DNA of 64,000 nucleotides, taken from contig JAHFSX010000008.1 in the NCBI GenBank assembly GCA_023269675.1, positions 85,999 through 149,998 on the forward strand, read 5' to 3'. Numbering within the stretch: the first letter of the stretch is position 1; the number at the start of each line of letters is the position of its first letter. This DNA is from Verrucomicrobiota bacterium (GTDB lineage Bacteria; Verrucomicrobiota; Kiritimatiellia; RFP12; UBA1067). Below the pieces are notes generated by a model. It had not been told where the DNA came from, ran no database searches, and was given only the letters and a program-made list of their open reading frames with translations. A program made the translations under genes and the position numbers. Of this stretch, positions 45,537 through 54,284 are shown one piece after another.

Positions 45537-48155
45537 TCACGGGCGGGTGATCAGATACCAGAGCGTCGCGTGAGCGGGATCAGTGGTCAGCCGAGACCCG
45601 TCCATCGGGACCTCGGACGCGACCTGTCCTTTGCCGTTCAGCGCGCGCGCCTGCCAGCCGCTTCCCGGCAACGTCAGCGCCAGCGGCACGGGCTCGGCGA
45701 CCGTCGGTCCCTCGCCCCAATCGTCCATGACATACGTGCGCTTCTCGTCCCATTTCTGGCCCTTGTTCTCCACACGCGCAACGGCGGTGAGCAGGAGCTT
45801 GCGCGAGTCGGCGACCGGCTTCCCGTCCAGCGCCACCAGCGAGATGTCCGCATAGTCGTGCAAGGTCTCTTTGCCGAGCTTCAGGCGGACATCGCCCAGC
45901 TGGAACTCGCGCCCGCCGACGGTGCCGATCAGCAGACGCGCGGCCGGGGCATTCACCTGAAGCGACTCGGCGCCCTTCACCGAACGGTCGAACGCGATCT
46001 CGCCCGTGTCGCTCCGAATCGACGACGCGTCGCGGCCAGAGCCCCCGGACAGTCCAGCCTCGCCGCTTTCGGCGATCCGGCACGCGGCCTTGCAACGCCA
46101 CACGTCGGACACGCTCCCCTTGAGCCCGCCCAGCAGCTCGGGCACGCCGCACCAGACGTTCTCGGACAGCCGTGAGGGAATCTCCTTTTCCGGAACGGTG
46201 ACCAGCAGCCGGGCGCGCGCCGGAGAGACCAGCCCCTGACGGTAGAGGAGCGCCATCGAAGGAATCATGCACATCTGGCCGGCGTGGCCGGTCGTGGCGA
46301 AATGGCTGCTAATCCGGCTGTGCCCCTGCTTGCCGCCTTGGAAGTTGTACCACGCGTACTCCGCGAAACCGGCCCAGCCCTGATAGGCCGCGAGCAGCGC
46401 CAGCAGCGGGAAGTTCTCGGACGCGTGGTCGTTCGGCGGGTTGAGGTCGAACTCGGTCATCAGGAAGGGCTTGCCCTCCACGCGCCACAGCGCCGCGCGC
46501 TCGATAGGCCCGAAGGCGGCGCCGACCATAGACTCGTTCTGGACCGCCCGGACGCTCCGGCCTTGGGCGTCCTTGCCCTCATGCGGGTGGCACGGGTAGC
46601 AGTGCATGTCGATGGCATCGCCGAGCCGCGCCTCGCGCCGGAGCCCCGCCAGTCCGCCGTAGCTGGCCTGCGTGCAGTAGACCAGGGCGTGCGCCCCGAG
46701 CTCGTCTTTCAGAACGCGCTTCATCGCGGTCACGTAGTCGGCCTCGGCGTCCATCAGGAACGACAGGAAATCGGCCGTCCGCGCCGGGCAGGCGGTGTCG
46801 CCGACCAGCGGCACGGCGCCGTCCTCGACGCGCTCGTTGGCTCCCAGGCCGGGGACGGGGAAGACGCCCTCGCGCACAGAAACGTCCGCGATCTCGAAGA
46901 TGCCGGTCTGGGTTCCCGCCGAGAAGTTCAGCCGCAGCGGAATGTGGTCGGGATTGGTGACCGGGCAGATCACCGCGTACTCGCTCCACCCGCTTTTCAG
47001 AGCCACATTCACGCCGCCGGCCACGCGGAGCCAGGGCGCCTTCATCATCATGACAGCCGTTGAGAGCTTCAGTTTTTTTCCGCCCTCAGCCCGCGCGCGG
47101 AAAGAGACCGTGTACGTCTTGCCGTTCTCGACGGGCAGATCCTTCACGTAAGCCTGCACGTGCCAATCCTGCGTGCCGGGCTTGGTCACCACCCAGCGCA
47201 GATGCCGGCGGCCGCCCGCGGGGTCTGTGACGACTTCCGTCTGGACCTCGGCGCCCCCTGCGCGCTGAAACTCCCAGCCCTGCGTCTTCTGGCTGAAATC
47301 GCCGTTCGCGAGGATCTCCGGTCCCTTCGGCCCCGACGCGCCCCCGCTCCACGCGTCCCGCAGGCGCTCCGTGCTCCCGTACTTGGCCTTCAGCCACGCG
47401 TTCCACTTGGCGGCGGCCGGCCGGCTGAACGCCTCCGGCAGTCCGCCGAGTTCGCTCCAGATCGAGAACACCGTGTTCTCGTTGTTGAGCTCGATCACCG
47501 CCACGGCCGGGTCTTTCGCGTAGGTCAGCCGCGTATAGGGATTGACATGGCCGATCAGGTCGCGCGCGTAACGCTTTTGCGATTCGATGTAGGGACCGTG
47601 GATGAAGTCGATGCCCTTGCCGAAACGGTGGACTTCCGCGGGCTGGCCGGGATAAGGCCGGCAGATGTGGAGGTTGATGTCGACATAGATGCCGTTCTCC
47701 TTCAGCTGCGCGACCAGCCAGTCGAACTGGTCGAGCTTCTCCGGGTTCAGCGTCTGCATGTCGTCGTTGAGGATGCCCTGCGGCGCCTTGGCGAAATCGA
47801 AGTAGTGCAGCCGGATGAAGTTGAAGCCCAGCTGCTTCAGGCGCCGCGCCATGAGGGGCGCGTTCGCTTTGGGCGGCATGGGATGGAGGTCGCAGATGTT
47901 GGAGCCGAAGAGGCGGACCTCCTCGCCGCGGCCGTTGACGATCCTCTCGCCGTCGGGGCGCAGGAAGCCGCGGCTGCCCGCGGGCTCCGGGTTCAGGAAC
48001 GACAGGTCGATCGGCGTGCCGGCCGTCCCCTCGTCCGCCAGGTCGGGGATCACGAACGGGAACCAGCCGGCGTGTTTGTCCTCCTGCGCGGAAAGCCCGC
48101 CGGCCAACACGCAGGCGAGAGTGGCGGAGGCGATGGCCCGATTCAAAGTTTTCAT
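45537..48155 (-). CDS. Clan GH-A (GH5-like) glycoside hydrolase with central carbohydrate-binding-like domain
   Basis: 872 aa; signal MKTLNRAIASATLACVLAGGLSAQ; TIM-barrel motifs FNFIRLHYFD, acid/base VIELNNEN, nucleophile FLMTEFD; middle ~170-aa beta-sandwich (ILANGDFSQKTQGWEF...). Confidence 0.7.
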   Translation of the reverse strand: MKTLNRAIASATLACVLAGGLSAQEDKHAGWFPFVIPDLADEGTAGTPIDLSFLNPEPAGSRGFLRPDGERIVNGRGEEVRLFGSNICDLHPMPPKANAPLMARRLKQLGFNFIRLHYFDFAKAPQGILNDDMQTLNPEKLDQFDWLVAQLKENGIYVDINLHICRPYPGQPAEVHRFGKGIDFIHGPYIESQKRYARDLIGHVNPYTRLTYAKDPAVAVIELNNENTVFSIWSELGGLPEAFSRPAAAKWNAWLKAKYGSTERLRDAWSGGASGPKGPEILANGDFSQKTQGWEFQRAGGAEVQTEVVTDPAGGRRHLRWVVTKPGTQDWHVQAYVKDLPVENGKTYTVSFRARAEGGKKLKLSTAVMMMKAPWLRVAGGVNVALKSGWSEYAVICPVTNPDHIPLRLNFSAGTQTGIFEIADVSVREGVFPVPGLGANERVEDGAVPLVGDTACPARTADFLSFLMDAEADYVTAMKRVLKDELGAHALVYCTQASYGGLAGLRREARLGDAIDMHCYPCHPHEGKDAQGRSVRAVQNESMVGAAFGPIERAALWRVEGKPFLMTEFDLNPPNDHASENFPLLALLAAYQGWAGFAEYAWYNFQGGKQGHSRISSHFATTGHAGQMCMIPSMALLYRQGLVSPARARLLVTVPEKEIPSRLSENVWCGVPELLGGLKGSVSDVWRCKAACRIAESGEAGLSGGSGRDASSIRSDTGEIAFDRSVKGAESLQVNAPAARLLIGTVGGREFQLGDVRLKLGKETLHDYADISLVALDGKPVADSRKLLLTAVARVENKGQKWDEKRTYVMDDWGEGPTVAEPVPLALTLPGSGWQARALNGKGQVASEVPMDGSRLTTDPAHATLWYLITRP

Positions 48156-48188
48156 AGTTGCGATTTTCCAGCGGGCACCAGAGCCCGG

Positions 48189-49619
48189 CTATTCCTGACG
48201 ACCTTTCGCGACCTCGACCTTGCTCAGCGCGTACCACCCGTCCGCGCCACGCCCTTTGATCGCCAGCCGCACCGCGGGCACCGACGATTCGTCCACCACG
48301 GCAACCGACAGCGTGTAGGTCCCTGCCGGCAGGTCGGCGGGCACCGCGATCTTCTCGCTAACGTCATAGACCGGCCCCGGCGGCAGATCGGGGACCTCCT
48401 TGAAAAACGTCTCCGTGAACAGCTCGACGGATCCCGGCAGCCACCGGTTCACCGCCGTCTCACTGGTCAACACTTTCGAGACGCCGCGGTCGTTCGCGAG
48501 CCGGAAGGCGAGCCGGTACGCCCTGTAGCAGGGCGCGGAACCGACGTTCTGCCACTTCATGCCGACGTCGAGCGTGGCGCCGGCCTGCGCCGGATGGCGG
48601 ATCTCCCTGAGCACCAGCCGGTAGCCCAGCCGCTTCAGGAACCGCTCCAGCTCCTGCCTGAACAGCGGGTCGTCCGGCAGCTTTCCCGACTTGCCGCTGA
48701 ACAGGCTGCGGTGGCAGGCCAGCGCGTAGTTGAAGATCCAGCGCAGCGGCCACTTCCTCTCGACGAACTCGCTCACCTCCATGGGCGGCTCGTAAGCGAC
48801 CGGCGCACGCGTCCACACGTCCTGCACGCGCGTCGCACGAATCCAGTCGGGGTAGGCGTTGCGCATGTGGCTCCATTTCGGCGAGAAACTCCCGAGGTCC
48901 CCCATCGAGTCGGCGCGCCATCCCGCGCCGTGAGCCGTCGCATACGTCGTGCACTCCTTGCCATTCAGCAGCATGATCAGCGGCGTTTTCCTGAAGGCGG
49001 CGAGATACGCGTCCACCACCTTCATGCGGTTCTCCAGCGTCGGCACCTTGCAGTTCTTGCTGCCGCTCAGGTGCCACTCGCCCCACCAGCCGATGGACCC
49101 GAGGTCCAGGTGGTCGAGGTCGGGATGGCCGTCGTAGCGCGCCCCCAGCCGTTTGATGAACTCCAGGTGCGCGTTCAGCACCACCGGGTCGTCCATATCC
49201 GGAATCGGGAACGGCCCCTTGCCGTTGTGGTCCGCCAGCAGCTCTCTTCCGCCGATCGTCTTGAGCCACGCGGGATGATAGACCTGCTTGGCGTAAGGCG
49301 AACAGCACATCACCCGGAACGCGAGCCGCTGCCCCGCGGCACGGGACTCCCGCAGCGCCTGATCGACGCGGTTCGTGTTGAGCACGCCGGGCTCCGTCTC
49401 CAGATCCTTCCAGCCCCAGCGGATGTACTGCACCGTCGAGGGAATCCAAGCCGGCAGGTTCTTGTCCTGCCGGCACGTGTGGTGAAAGGTCTCCCACCCC
49501 ATGCCGGGATTGGCGAGAAGCTCGTCCGTCTCCTCGGGCGTCACGACCACCTGCTGCGCGGCCGAGACAACGCCAGCCGCCAGCATGCCGCCGACAGCAA
49601 CCATCCATCGTTTTTCCAT
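48189..49619 (-). CDS. Putative glycoside hydrolase, DUF4874/DUF4832-like
   Basis: ORF 48189..49721; start placed at MEKRWMVAVGGMLAAGVVSAAQQ (signal); N-terminus NPGMGWETFHH typical of DUF4874-type TIM barrels; family call is tentative. Confidence 0.6.
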   Translation of the reverse strand: MEKRWMVAVGGMLAAGVVSAAQQVVVTPEETDELLANPGMGWETFHHTCRQDKNLPAWIPSTVQYIRWGWKDLETEPGVLNTNRVDQALRESRAAGQRLAFRVMCCSPYAKQVYHPAWLKTIGGRELLADHNGKGPFPIPDMDDPVVLNAHLEFIKRLGARYDGHPDLDHLDLGSIGWWGEWHLSGSKNCKVPTLENRMKVVDAYLAAFRKTPLIMLLNGKECTTYATAHGAGWRADSMGDLGSFSPKWSHMRNAYPDWIRATRVQDVWTRAPVAYEPPMEVSEFVERKWPLRWIFNYALACHRSLFSGKSGKLPDDPLFRQELERFLKRLGYRLVLREIRHPAQAGATLDVGMKWQNVGSAPCYRAYRLAFRLANDRGVSKVLTSETAVNRWLPGSVELFTETFFKEVPDLPPGPVYDVSEKIAVPADLPAGTYTLSVAVVDESSVPAVRLAIKGRGADGWYALSKVEVAKGRQE

Positions 49620-49651
49620 CGCACTCTCCAGCCTCGCTGTTTGGCCCGGGC

Positions 49652-50854
49652 TTACGGCTTCGTCAGAATCCCCAATTTCATCGCCCGCCAGTAGGCGGCC
49701 GAAAGATGGGCCGTCCGGCACGTGCCGATGCTGGCGGCGTTTGAGTCCATGATCGACTTGTAAAGCAGCTTCTTTTGCCCGTCCGTAAACGCGAAGTCCT
49801 TCGCCATCAGCTGGGCGAGCGCCGCTTCGCCGCAGGCGCAGAGCGACGACTTCTCCTCGCCGCCGTTGATACGGACGGCCCGCTCCGCCGCCATCTTCGC
49901 CACCGGCTGCATGGCTTCGGCCAGCCGCGCTTTCATCGCCGCGTCCGTTTCCACCCCGAGAAGAAGCTCGAGCGACGTCTGCATCTGCAGCAGCGTGTAG
50001 GTCGGCATGAACGCCCGGATCTGCGCCGGCGGCAAACCGGGGAGCGTCAGCGTCTGTTCCACCGCAGGCGCCAGATACTCGCGGTACCGGCGGTAATACT
50101 TCTCATCGCGGGTGACGTCCCAGGCCGCCGCATACACCATCGGCAGCCGCGCCGCCTCGTGGGGCCGGACGTTCCACATGCGGCAGATCCCGCGCGGATC
50201 GCGGGAGCCGTCGGCCCGCAGGAAGTCGTAGTCGTTCTCCGGCGTCACGTTCCGGATCATCCGGTCCGCGACGGCGCTCAGCAGCGCGCGGATCTCCGCC
50301 TTCGTCGCTTCCGCGCACATCGGGCTGTGATAGTAGCGCCACAGGCCGTGAACGAAGTGCGTGACCTGGTCGCGCGACGAGGTGATGCAGATGCTCTTGC
50401 CGTCCTCAGCGCAGACGCCGCGGGCCACAAACCCCGGCACACCGTGGGCCGTCGCGCACAGCTTGAGCCCCTTGAACACGTCCAACGCGACCGCCGCCAG
50501 CGCGCCCTCTTGCGTCGCCTCATAGCGGTCGGTTAGCATAGAGAGCAACAGCCCGCTGTAGATCGAGCAGTCCGCCATCCCCGCGCCGTAGCCGACCTTC
50601 TTCTTCTCGGGGTCGAGGAAGCCGTTCTCAAAGAGGCTCGCGGGCGCCACGCGCTCCACCGGCGACGCGTAGTAGAGATGCGTCTTGGGACTGTAAAAAA
50701 CGGTCCGAACGCGCTCCCACGCCTGATCCAGCCTGATGGACATCTCCCCGTACTGCGCGTCCGTGAAATCGTCAGGGGCCCCTGCCGCCGACGGCAGAGA
50801 CGCGATCGCGATCGCCGCCCCGAAACACAAACAGCAGATTCGTCCCTTGCGCAT
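49652..50854 (-). CDS. Hypothetical secreted/lipoprotein-like protein, largely alpha-helical (possibly an (alpha/alpha)6-type glycosidase)
   Basis: 400 aa; N-terminus MRKGRICCLCFGAAIAIASLPSAAGA; no confident family motif. Confidence 0.5.
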   Translation of the reverse strand: MRKGRICCLCFGAAIAIASLPSAAGAPDDFTDAQYGEMSIRLDQAWERVRTVFYSPKTHLYYASPVERVAPASLFENGFLDPEKKKVGYGAGMADCSIYSGLLLSMLTDRYEATQEGALAAVALDVFKGLKLCATAHGVPGFVARGVCAEDGKSICITSSRDQVTHFVHGLWRYYHSPMCAEATKAEIRALLSAVADRMIRNVTPENDYDFLRADGSRDPRGICRMWNVRPHEAARLPMVYAAAWDVTRDEKYYRRYREYLAPAVEQTLTLPGLPPAQIRAFMPTYTLLQMQTSLELLLGVETDAAMKARLAEAMQPVAKMAAERAVRINGGEEKSSLCACGEAALAQLMAKDFAFTDGQKKLLYKSIMDSNAASIGTCRTAHLSAAYWRAMKLGILTKP

Positions 50855-50861
50855 TTACCGC

Positions 50862-52994
50862 CTACTCCTTCTGGTAAACCAGAACCGCGATCCCATCGCG
50901 GCCAGCCTGCACCGACTGTCCGCCGTCCGGCGCGGAGCCCACCGTCATTTCGCCCGCGCCGTCAGACTCTTTGAACGCATAGCCCGGCACGCGGATGCGG
51001 GTCGTCGCCGTCTTCTCCGAACTTTGAGTCACGACAACCGCCAGACGGTCCCCGTTCCTGAAGCACCGCGCACTGATCCGGGAATTGTCCGAGAGGAACC
51101 CGTCCGTGTCGCGATACAGTCCCGACAGCAACAGGTCGCCGTATTTGTCGCGCAGCCGGTTGACCTTGGCAAGATAAGCCTGATAGACCGGCGTCTTATC
51201 AATCAGGTCGCGGCACCGGTAGATCTCGATGTCGTTCCGCAGGCCCTTCAGCACCGACAGATTCACGCGGCGCGGAATATCCGTGTCGTCCCGGATCTCG
51301 CGGTCGGAGAGCACGACCTCCGGAAACGTGTAGCGGCCCCATTCCGGGAACGCCTCGGGCCCGGCAGCCCCGGTCACATTGTGCACATAATCCACATGCT
51401 GCGCCGTCACGTCCGTGAAATGTTCCGTCCCGAGCGCGAAGTCAGCATTGCCCTTTGTGTCCAGGTAATCGTGGATCAGCTTCAGCGTTTCGGCCTTGTC
51501 GGCTATCACCCGCGTGTTCGGCACAGGAAATTCGCCGCTCAGATCCCAGTTGGAGTTCGCCTCGCAGTAGCCCAACTGGTCGTAAAACACGCTATCCGCG
51601 CCGAAACGGATCGCGCGGTCGGCCATCCGCAGCAACCGTGTGCGCCACGCCTCGCGCCGCGTGTCGGCGACGACAAACGTCCGGGCGTTGTAATGCCCCG
51701 TGAAGGTCCCCAGCCCTTTAAACAGGTATTGCTCCGTGTAGTCGGAGCCCGTGTTGTCACGGTAGCAGACGGCCTTGCCCTCGCCGGTCCTGTAGAACGC
51801 GCTTTCACGGTCAATCAGCTTGCCGTTGAAATACAGCAGCACTTTACCTCCGCTCTTCCGGTAGGCCGCGATCGCCGCCGCCCACCCCGCATCGCCCCCC
51901 TGTTCAGGGTCAGTAACCCAGTAGGAATCCGGGTACCCGTTGTCCATGCCGCTCTGCCACCAGCCGAACGGGAAAACCGCATTCACGCCCACGCTTTCGC
52001 CCGCCTTGCGTATCCGGGTGTCCAGATCCGCGTAACGGAAAAGCGTCTCGCCGTACTGATGGCGGAAGATGATGCGTTGCCAGCCTTTCATCCGGGTCAC
52101 CCACACGGGGGCTTCGCGGTGGCGCCACCAGGTGTCCGCCCACTTGCGGTAAATTGTGGACGTCTGATGCCAACTGCCGGAATAAGGCGCGATCACGTTC
52201 GCATCGCACGTCCAGACCTGCCCGCTCGTACAGTTCGGATACTTGTACAGTCCCGTTTCAAGCCGGTTGAACGCGCCGGCCTCGTCGGTATAAACGCGCA
52301 GCCCGTGCCACGTGTCCTGATACGTCGGGTCGTGGCTCCCCAGATAGAGTCCCTGTGCCGCGCCGACGAAGGCGAAACAGTTCGCCGCCGTGTGCGCCGG
52401 ATATTTCAGATCCATCTGGCGGTAGTATTGCGACGGGGCCATGTACGGCGGAGCGTTGCCGGCCGCGATGATGCGTTTCACGGGGTCGGCGACAAGCTGC
52501 CCGCCGAGATGGGTGGTCAGCAGTCTATAGCCCGACGGCAACCGGCAATCGCCCACCAGCGGATAGTGCAGCTCGCGGATGATCGTATGAGGTTCGTTGT
52601 TCGCGACTTCGGAACCGAACCGCACAAGCCCGTCCTCGACGCGGACCGAAAGCGTGAGCGCCATGTTCAGCGCCACGCCGCGCGCCTTGAGCGCGCGGTA
52701 CGTGAGGACGATCCGGCCGCCCTCCTGTCGGACCTCAGGAACATTTTCAGCAGCCGACAGCTCGATCTCTTTCTCGCCATCCTTGCGGTCGAAGTAGAGG
52801 CGCCACAGCGGCCGGCCCGCGGCGTACTCCTGCCCCGTCGCCACATTCTTCAGCGACGTCAGATTTCCCTGCGCGTCGACCGCCACCTCGACCTGCGGGT
52901 CATTCAACGCATAGCGCTGTGCCAGCGCCTGCGTTGACGCAAGCGCCAACGCCGACAGCATGCAAACCACCCGCAGTCCTCTCACCATCCGCAT
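50862..52994 (-). CDS. Putative glycoside hydrolase, DUF6259-like; paralog of 42944-45139
   Basis: 710 aa; signal MRMVRGLRVVCMLSALALASTQALA; shared blocks FAFVGAAQGLYLGSHDP, FGADSVFYDQLG, FPEWGRYTFPEV. Confidence 0.7.
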   Translation of the reverse strand: MRMVRGLRVVCMLSALALASTQALAQRYALNDPQVEVAVDAQGNLTSLKNVATGQEYAAGRPLWRLYFDRKDGEKEIELSAAENVPEVRQEGGRIVLTYRALKARGVALNMALTLSVRVEDGLVRFGSEVANNEPHTIIRELHYPLVGDCRLPSGYRLLTTHLGGQLVADPVKRIIAAGNAPPYMAPSQYYRQMDLKYPAHTAANCFAFVGAAQGLYLGSHDPTYQDTWHGLRVYTDEAGAFNRLETGLYKYPNCTSGQVWTCDANVIAPYSGSWHQTSTIYRKWADTWWRHREAPVWVTRMKGWQRIIFRHQYGETLFRYADLDTRIRKAGESVGVNAVFPFGWWQSGMDNGYPDSYWVTDPEQGGDAGWAAAIAAYRKSGGKVLLYFNGKLIDRESAFYRTGEGKAVCYRDNTGSDYTEQYLFKGLGTFTGHYNARTFVVADTRREAWRTRLLRMADRAIRFGADSVFYDQLGYCEANSNWDLSGEFPVPNTRVIADKAETLKLIHDYLDTKGNADFALGTEHFTDVTAQHVDYVHNVTGAAGPEAFPEWGRYTFPEVVLSDREIRDDTDIPRRVNLSVLKGLRNDIEIYRCRDLIDKTPVYQAYLAKVNRLRDKYGDLLLSGLYRDTDGFLSDNSRISARCFRNGDRLAVVVTQSSEKTATTRIRVPGYAFKESDGAGEMTVGSAPDGGQSVQAGRDGIAVLVYQKE

Positions 52995-53031
52995 GGCTGC
53001 TCCTTAATCCGTCCGCACTCCGTTTTCCGGA

Positions 53032-54252
53032 TCACTTCACCTTGCTGACGCTCAGCGTAACCGGTTGCGTCGTGATCCTCAGCTGGGGCACGGTCACGCA
53101 GCCGCTGTCATCGGCCGTGGCCGTGCCCTTCGCCTTGCCGAACTTCCAGCGCACCGTCTCGCCCGGCGCGACCCTCAGCGCCTGGAGCCGGCGCAGGCTC
53201 ACGTTCGCGATCGCCTCCGACGGGATGACAAAGGACGTCTTAAGCTCCGAAGGGTTCACCAGAAAGAGCGACAGCTCGACGCCCTCGGGCGTGTCGCGGA
53301 GCAGCGTCCAGCGGAAGAAGGCGTTGACCTGGCCCGCCTTCGGGTCGTCACGGCGGTCCGGCCACGGCAGCGGGTCGTTCGTCGAGGCGTCGGTGAAGAC
53401 CGGATAGGCCTCGTTCTTCCTGACGTTCAGCCAGTCGAACGAATGGACCAGGTCGTTGACCTTCAGGATCTTCTCGTTGTTGTTCGCGTGGCCGAACGGG
53501 CCCCAGTAGAGGAAGAGCGCGTACTTGCGCTCGTTCATCGCCGACGCGAAGGCCTCATGGTTGGTGGACCACGAGTCGTTCTGGGCGGAGTAGTCGACGC
53601 AGACCGGCGGATCGGGCAGCACCGTGCCCGCAGGCAACGGCGCATACGGCGGGAAGCCCATGCGGCTCGAGACGTGCTCGATCCGGGCGGGCACGTTCGC
53701 CTTGATCGCGGCGAAGACGTCCCCGTGGCGCATGCCGATGCCCAGCGTGCCGCTGCCGCCCATCGAGTTGCCGCACAGGTAGACGCGGTTCGTGTCGATG
53801 CCATACGTCTGGATCACCCACCGCACCGTGTCCATCACCCGTTGCTCCGTGGGGCTGACCTCGGGGCCCTTGTACTTCTGGATCCCCCACCACCAGTCAC
53901 CCTTGTTGGCGCGGCAGTCGAGGTAGAGCGCGAAGAAATCCTCCGGCGAGTGGTAGATGTCGTGATTGCCGGGCGTGAGCGTGCATTGCAGGCAGGAGTT
54001 GACGTCATGACCGGCCGAGTGCAGCACCACGTAGAGCGGCGCGTCCGCGCGCGGCTGCTTGGGGTGCAGCACGAAGAACGTGTCCTGCTGCGGCGCCGCG
54101 TAGCCCCACGCCGCCTTCACGCCGTGCTTGAAGACCTCCAGCTTGCGGCCGAGGTGGTCCTGCTCCTTATCCTTTTGAGGAGCCCACGCATCCTCCCCGT
54201 AACAGACGGCACAGGCCAAGACCAAGCCCAACAGGAACATCCCTCTTTTCAT
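53032..54252 (-). CDS. Alpha/beta-hydrolase-fold esterase (carbohydrate esterase/peptidase S9-like)
   Basis: ORF 53032..54288; start placed at MKRGMFLLGLVLACAVCYG; nucleophile elbow GNSMGG; LYVVLHSAGHD. Confidence 0.7.
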   Translation of the reverse strand: MKRGMFLLGLVLACAVCYGEDAWAPQKDKEQDHLGRKLEVFKHGVKAAWGYAAPQQDTFFVLHPKQPRADAPLYVVLHSAGHDVNSCLQCTLTPGNHDIYHSPEDFFALYLDCRANKGDWWWGIQKYKGPEVSPTEQRVMDTVRWVIQTYGIDTNRVYLCGNSMGGSGTLGIGMRHGDVFAAIKANVPARIEHVSSRMGFPPYAPLPAGTVLPDPPVCVDYSAQNDSWSTNHEAFASAMNERKYALFLYWGPFGHANNNEKILKVNDLVHSFDWLNVRKNEAYPVFTDASTNDPLPWPDRRDDPKAGQVNAFFRWTLLRDTPEGVELSLFLVNPSELKTSFVIPSEAIANVSLRRLQALRVAPGETVRWKFGKAKGTATADDSGCVTVPQLRITTQPVTLSVSKVK

Positions 54253-54284
54253 ATCACGCCCTTTGCTTAACTTTTCAGTCTCTC

